Shown here: one piece after another, positions 6,222 through 7,719 of the stretch
Position numbering within the stretch: the first letter of the stretch is position 1
How the letters are laid out: each line of letters starts with the position of its first letter
Assembly: GCF_006345805.1 (NCBI RefSeq)
Contig: NW_021828670.1
Location: 1 to 7,719, forward strand
Length of the DNA: 7,719 bases
Direction of reading: 5' to 3'
From: Octopus sinensis
Lineage: Eukaryota
The notes under the pieces: model-generated
Told to the model about the DNA's origin: nothing
Seen by the model: only the letters and a program-made list of their open reading frames with translations
Databases searched by the model: none
Program-made: the position numbers and the translations under genes

Positions 6222-7040
6222 CTTAATTTAAGTTACAGATTTCTCGATAAGTGATCATACTGTTTTGTTCACTTTCTTTTTCTAATGAATCGACCCTCGT
6301 CTGTGTGTTTATAGATCATGATATACCTATTTCTTTACTACCCACAAGGGGTTAAACACAGAGGGGACAAACAAGGGCAGACAAACGGATTAAGTCGATT
6401 ACATCGACCCCAGTGTGTAACTGGTACTTAATTTATCGACCCCGAAAGGATGAAAGGCAAAGTCGACCTCGGTGGGATTTGAACTCAGAACGTAACGACA
6501 GACGAAAGACAGCTACGCATTTCGCCCGGCGTGCTAACGATTCTGCTAGCTCGCACCTAAGCGCGTAGATACATGTGGATGCATACATAAATACATACAT
6601 AGATAAGTGACTGTGTGTGTGCGTGCGATCGTCTGTGTGTGTGTGTATATGCGTGTTTGTATGTGTGTGAGTTGTGTGTGTGTGTGTACAGTGATGGATT
6701 TGAGGGTTTCGTTTAAATACGACTTAATATCTAATTTCACCTGAGTATAAATACCTATAATAGTGATACTTAAAAAAAATTTTAATCGAACTTACAAATT
6801 TCCATATAAGCAAGTGAGCATATTATTTTTTTCGCTCTCTTTTTCATATGAATCGACCCTCATCTGAATATGTATAGATCATGGTGTACCTATCCGTGTA
6901 GACACGTGTGGGTTCATACATACATACATATGCGACTCTCTCTCCCCCACCCTCTCTCTCTCTGTATTGATGGATTCGAGTGTTTCATTTCTTAATTTCA
7001 CCGGACTATCAAAATACCTATAATTTTGATACTTAAAAAT
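6222..7040 (+). repeat. Diverged direct tandem duplication: unit 1 about 6222-6780 (with SINE), unit 2 about 6781-7040
   Basis: Shared collinear anchors: atgaatcgaccctc (6285 and 6848), tatagatcatg (6310 and 6873), gatggatt.gag.gtttc (6693 and 6969), taatttcacc, aaatacctataa and tgatacttaaaaa. Confidence 0.88.
6330..6554 (-). mobile_element. Full-length tRNA-SINE family 1, tail B
   Basis: On the minus strand: A-box TAGCAGAATCG (6548-6538), B-box GAGTTCAAATCC (6486-6475), the central domain, and a tail ending ...ccccttgtgggtagtaaagaaa. Flanked by accta at 6325-6329 and 6555-6559. The empty site is visible in the paralogous unit at 6888-6892. Confidence 0.94.
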
Positions 7041-7210
7041 ATAACAATTAAGTCAGTTCATTTAAAAAACCTGGGTAAGCAATGCATTGTAAGCCGCACT
7101 AGAATTGGCAAACAATAAAATACGAAGTTTGGTACCCACAATGAATTCAATCAACAACTTGATGCATTCTAAATTTCAGAAGATTGAAGTAAACATTAAA
7201 ATATACAAAC

Positions 7211-7211
<1 letters not shown>

Positions 7212-7249
<38 letters not shown>

Positions 7250-7497
7250 TAATATAATAATAATAATAATTGTGTACAGTGCTCAGGTGCACTACAACTC
7301 ATCTAAAGTGTATATATAATCAGGTGTAGTTTTGGCGGATTTCGGAAAGCATGAGGGCCTTAAAGGATGCAGTGTCATGGCAGTCAACAACTGACGCAGG
7401 CAGTTTATTCCATGCTTCAGCAATACTGAGCGTGAAAAAATGTTTCCGAAAGTCATGGGAGCTGTGTTGTTTTCTGACTTTGTAGGCATGTCCACGT
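7212..7497 (-). mobile_element. 5'-truncated CR1/L2-type LINE 3' end with (ATT)n tail
   Basis: ORF2 C-terminus at 7496-7320, a 49-nt 3' UTR with an agtgc/gcact stem-loop (7278-7293), and a (TAA)n tract on the + strand at 7212-7270. No TSD was seen. Confidence 0.88.
7320..7496 (-). pseudogene. C-terminal fragment of CR1-type LINE ORF2 (post-RT domain)
   Basis: RGHAYKVRKQHSSHDFRKHFFTLSIAEAWNKLPASVVDCHDTASFK fits the RGH-x-K...RKxFF...WNxLPxxVV...FK motif of the CR1-type ORF2 end. The track's Met at 7502 lies outside the homology. Confidence 0.85.
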
Positions 7498-7719
7498 GCC
7501 ATGTGTTAACAAAAACAAGAAATATTTGATTTTAAATATTGGTTTTTATGGATATAACCTTGTACTATCTAAATGTGATGTATTTCATAAAACGGTTCCC
7601 AAGTGTTGAAGAAAAATGTCTAGGATCACTTTCAGATAAGGGCTGTTTAAGCAACAGCAATAGTCCAATGCAAAACAATGAACTTGTGTCCCTAGTATTT
7701 ATTCATTAACATCAAAGCA

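Larger units (their letters stand above)
6032..7102 (+). mobile_element. Putative non-autonomous Helentron (HINE/DINE-1-like) element with central tandem repeats
   Basis: Starts TTACCTGC with an inverted repeat GCAGG at 6054-6058 (5' hairpin). A gtttgtctgtg microsatellite remnant follows, then a ..aaccggctgaacggattttcaccacatttggcag block and two tandem units. Candidate 3' end: GGGTAA (7073-7078), palindrome caatgcattg (7080-7089) and CTAG (7099-7102). The 3' boundary is weakly supported. Confidence 0.5.

Noticed and set aside
6394-6486. Possible ribozyme in the hairpin-rich SINE domain (gtcgat-tac-atcgac, ccagt-gtgta-actgg, repeated atcgacccc)
   Set aside because: I found no hammerhead CUGAUGA/GAAA core or clear HDV-like pairing on either strand.
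1236-6554. Recurrent SINE domain as a CRISPR-like or regularly spaced array
   Set aside because: The copies are dispersed, lie on both strands, are irregularly spaced, and several have individual TSDs.
4906-6740. ORFs 4906-5103, 4947-5147, 5570-5800 and 6546-6740
   Set aside because: They are dominated by dinucleotide or trinucleotide microsatellite translation.
7642-7658. Hairpin gctgtt-taagc-aacagc
   Set aside because: A 6-bp stem with no supporting context is expected by chance.

Overview
AT-rich animal genomic DNA with no intact host gene, most likely intronic or intergenic octopus/cephalopod sequence. That assignment comes from my recognition of the tRNA-SINE families and the dense (ATT)n tracts and was not database-checked. 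Most of the window is a mosaic of transposable elements. It holds four insertions of one tRNA-SINE family: five copies of its central domain, three different 3' tails, and one nested or dimeric insertion inside a 17-bp TSD. It also holds two copies of a second tRNA-SINE family with different tails, a 368-bp non-autonomous Helitron, a heavily decayed Ty3/gypsy gag-protease-early pol fossil split by a SINE, and a 5'-truncated CR1-type LINE 3' end. A probable Helentron/HINE-like element encloses a diverged tandem duplication whose two units show the filled and empty state of one SINE insertion. Most ORFs in the supplied track are microsatellite or repeat artefacts. The main unexplained segment is a CpG-rich stretch at about 5260-5560 with splice-like signals and a 57-aa ORF. 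I found no convincing wholly new biological system; the best leads concern SINE modularity and targeting.
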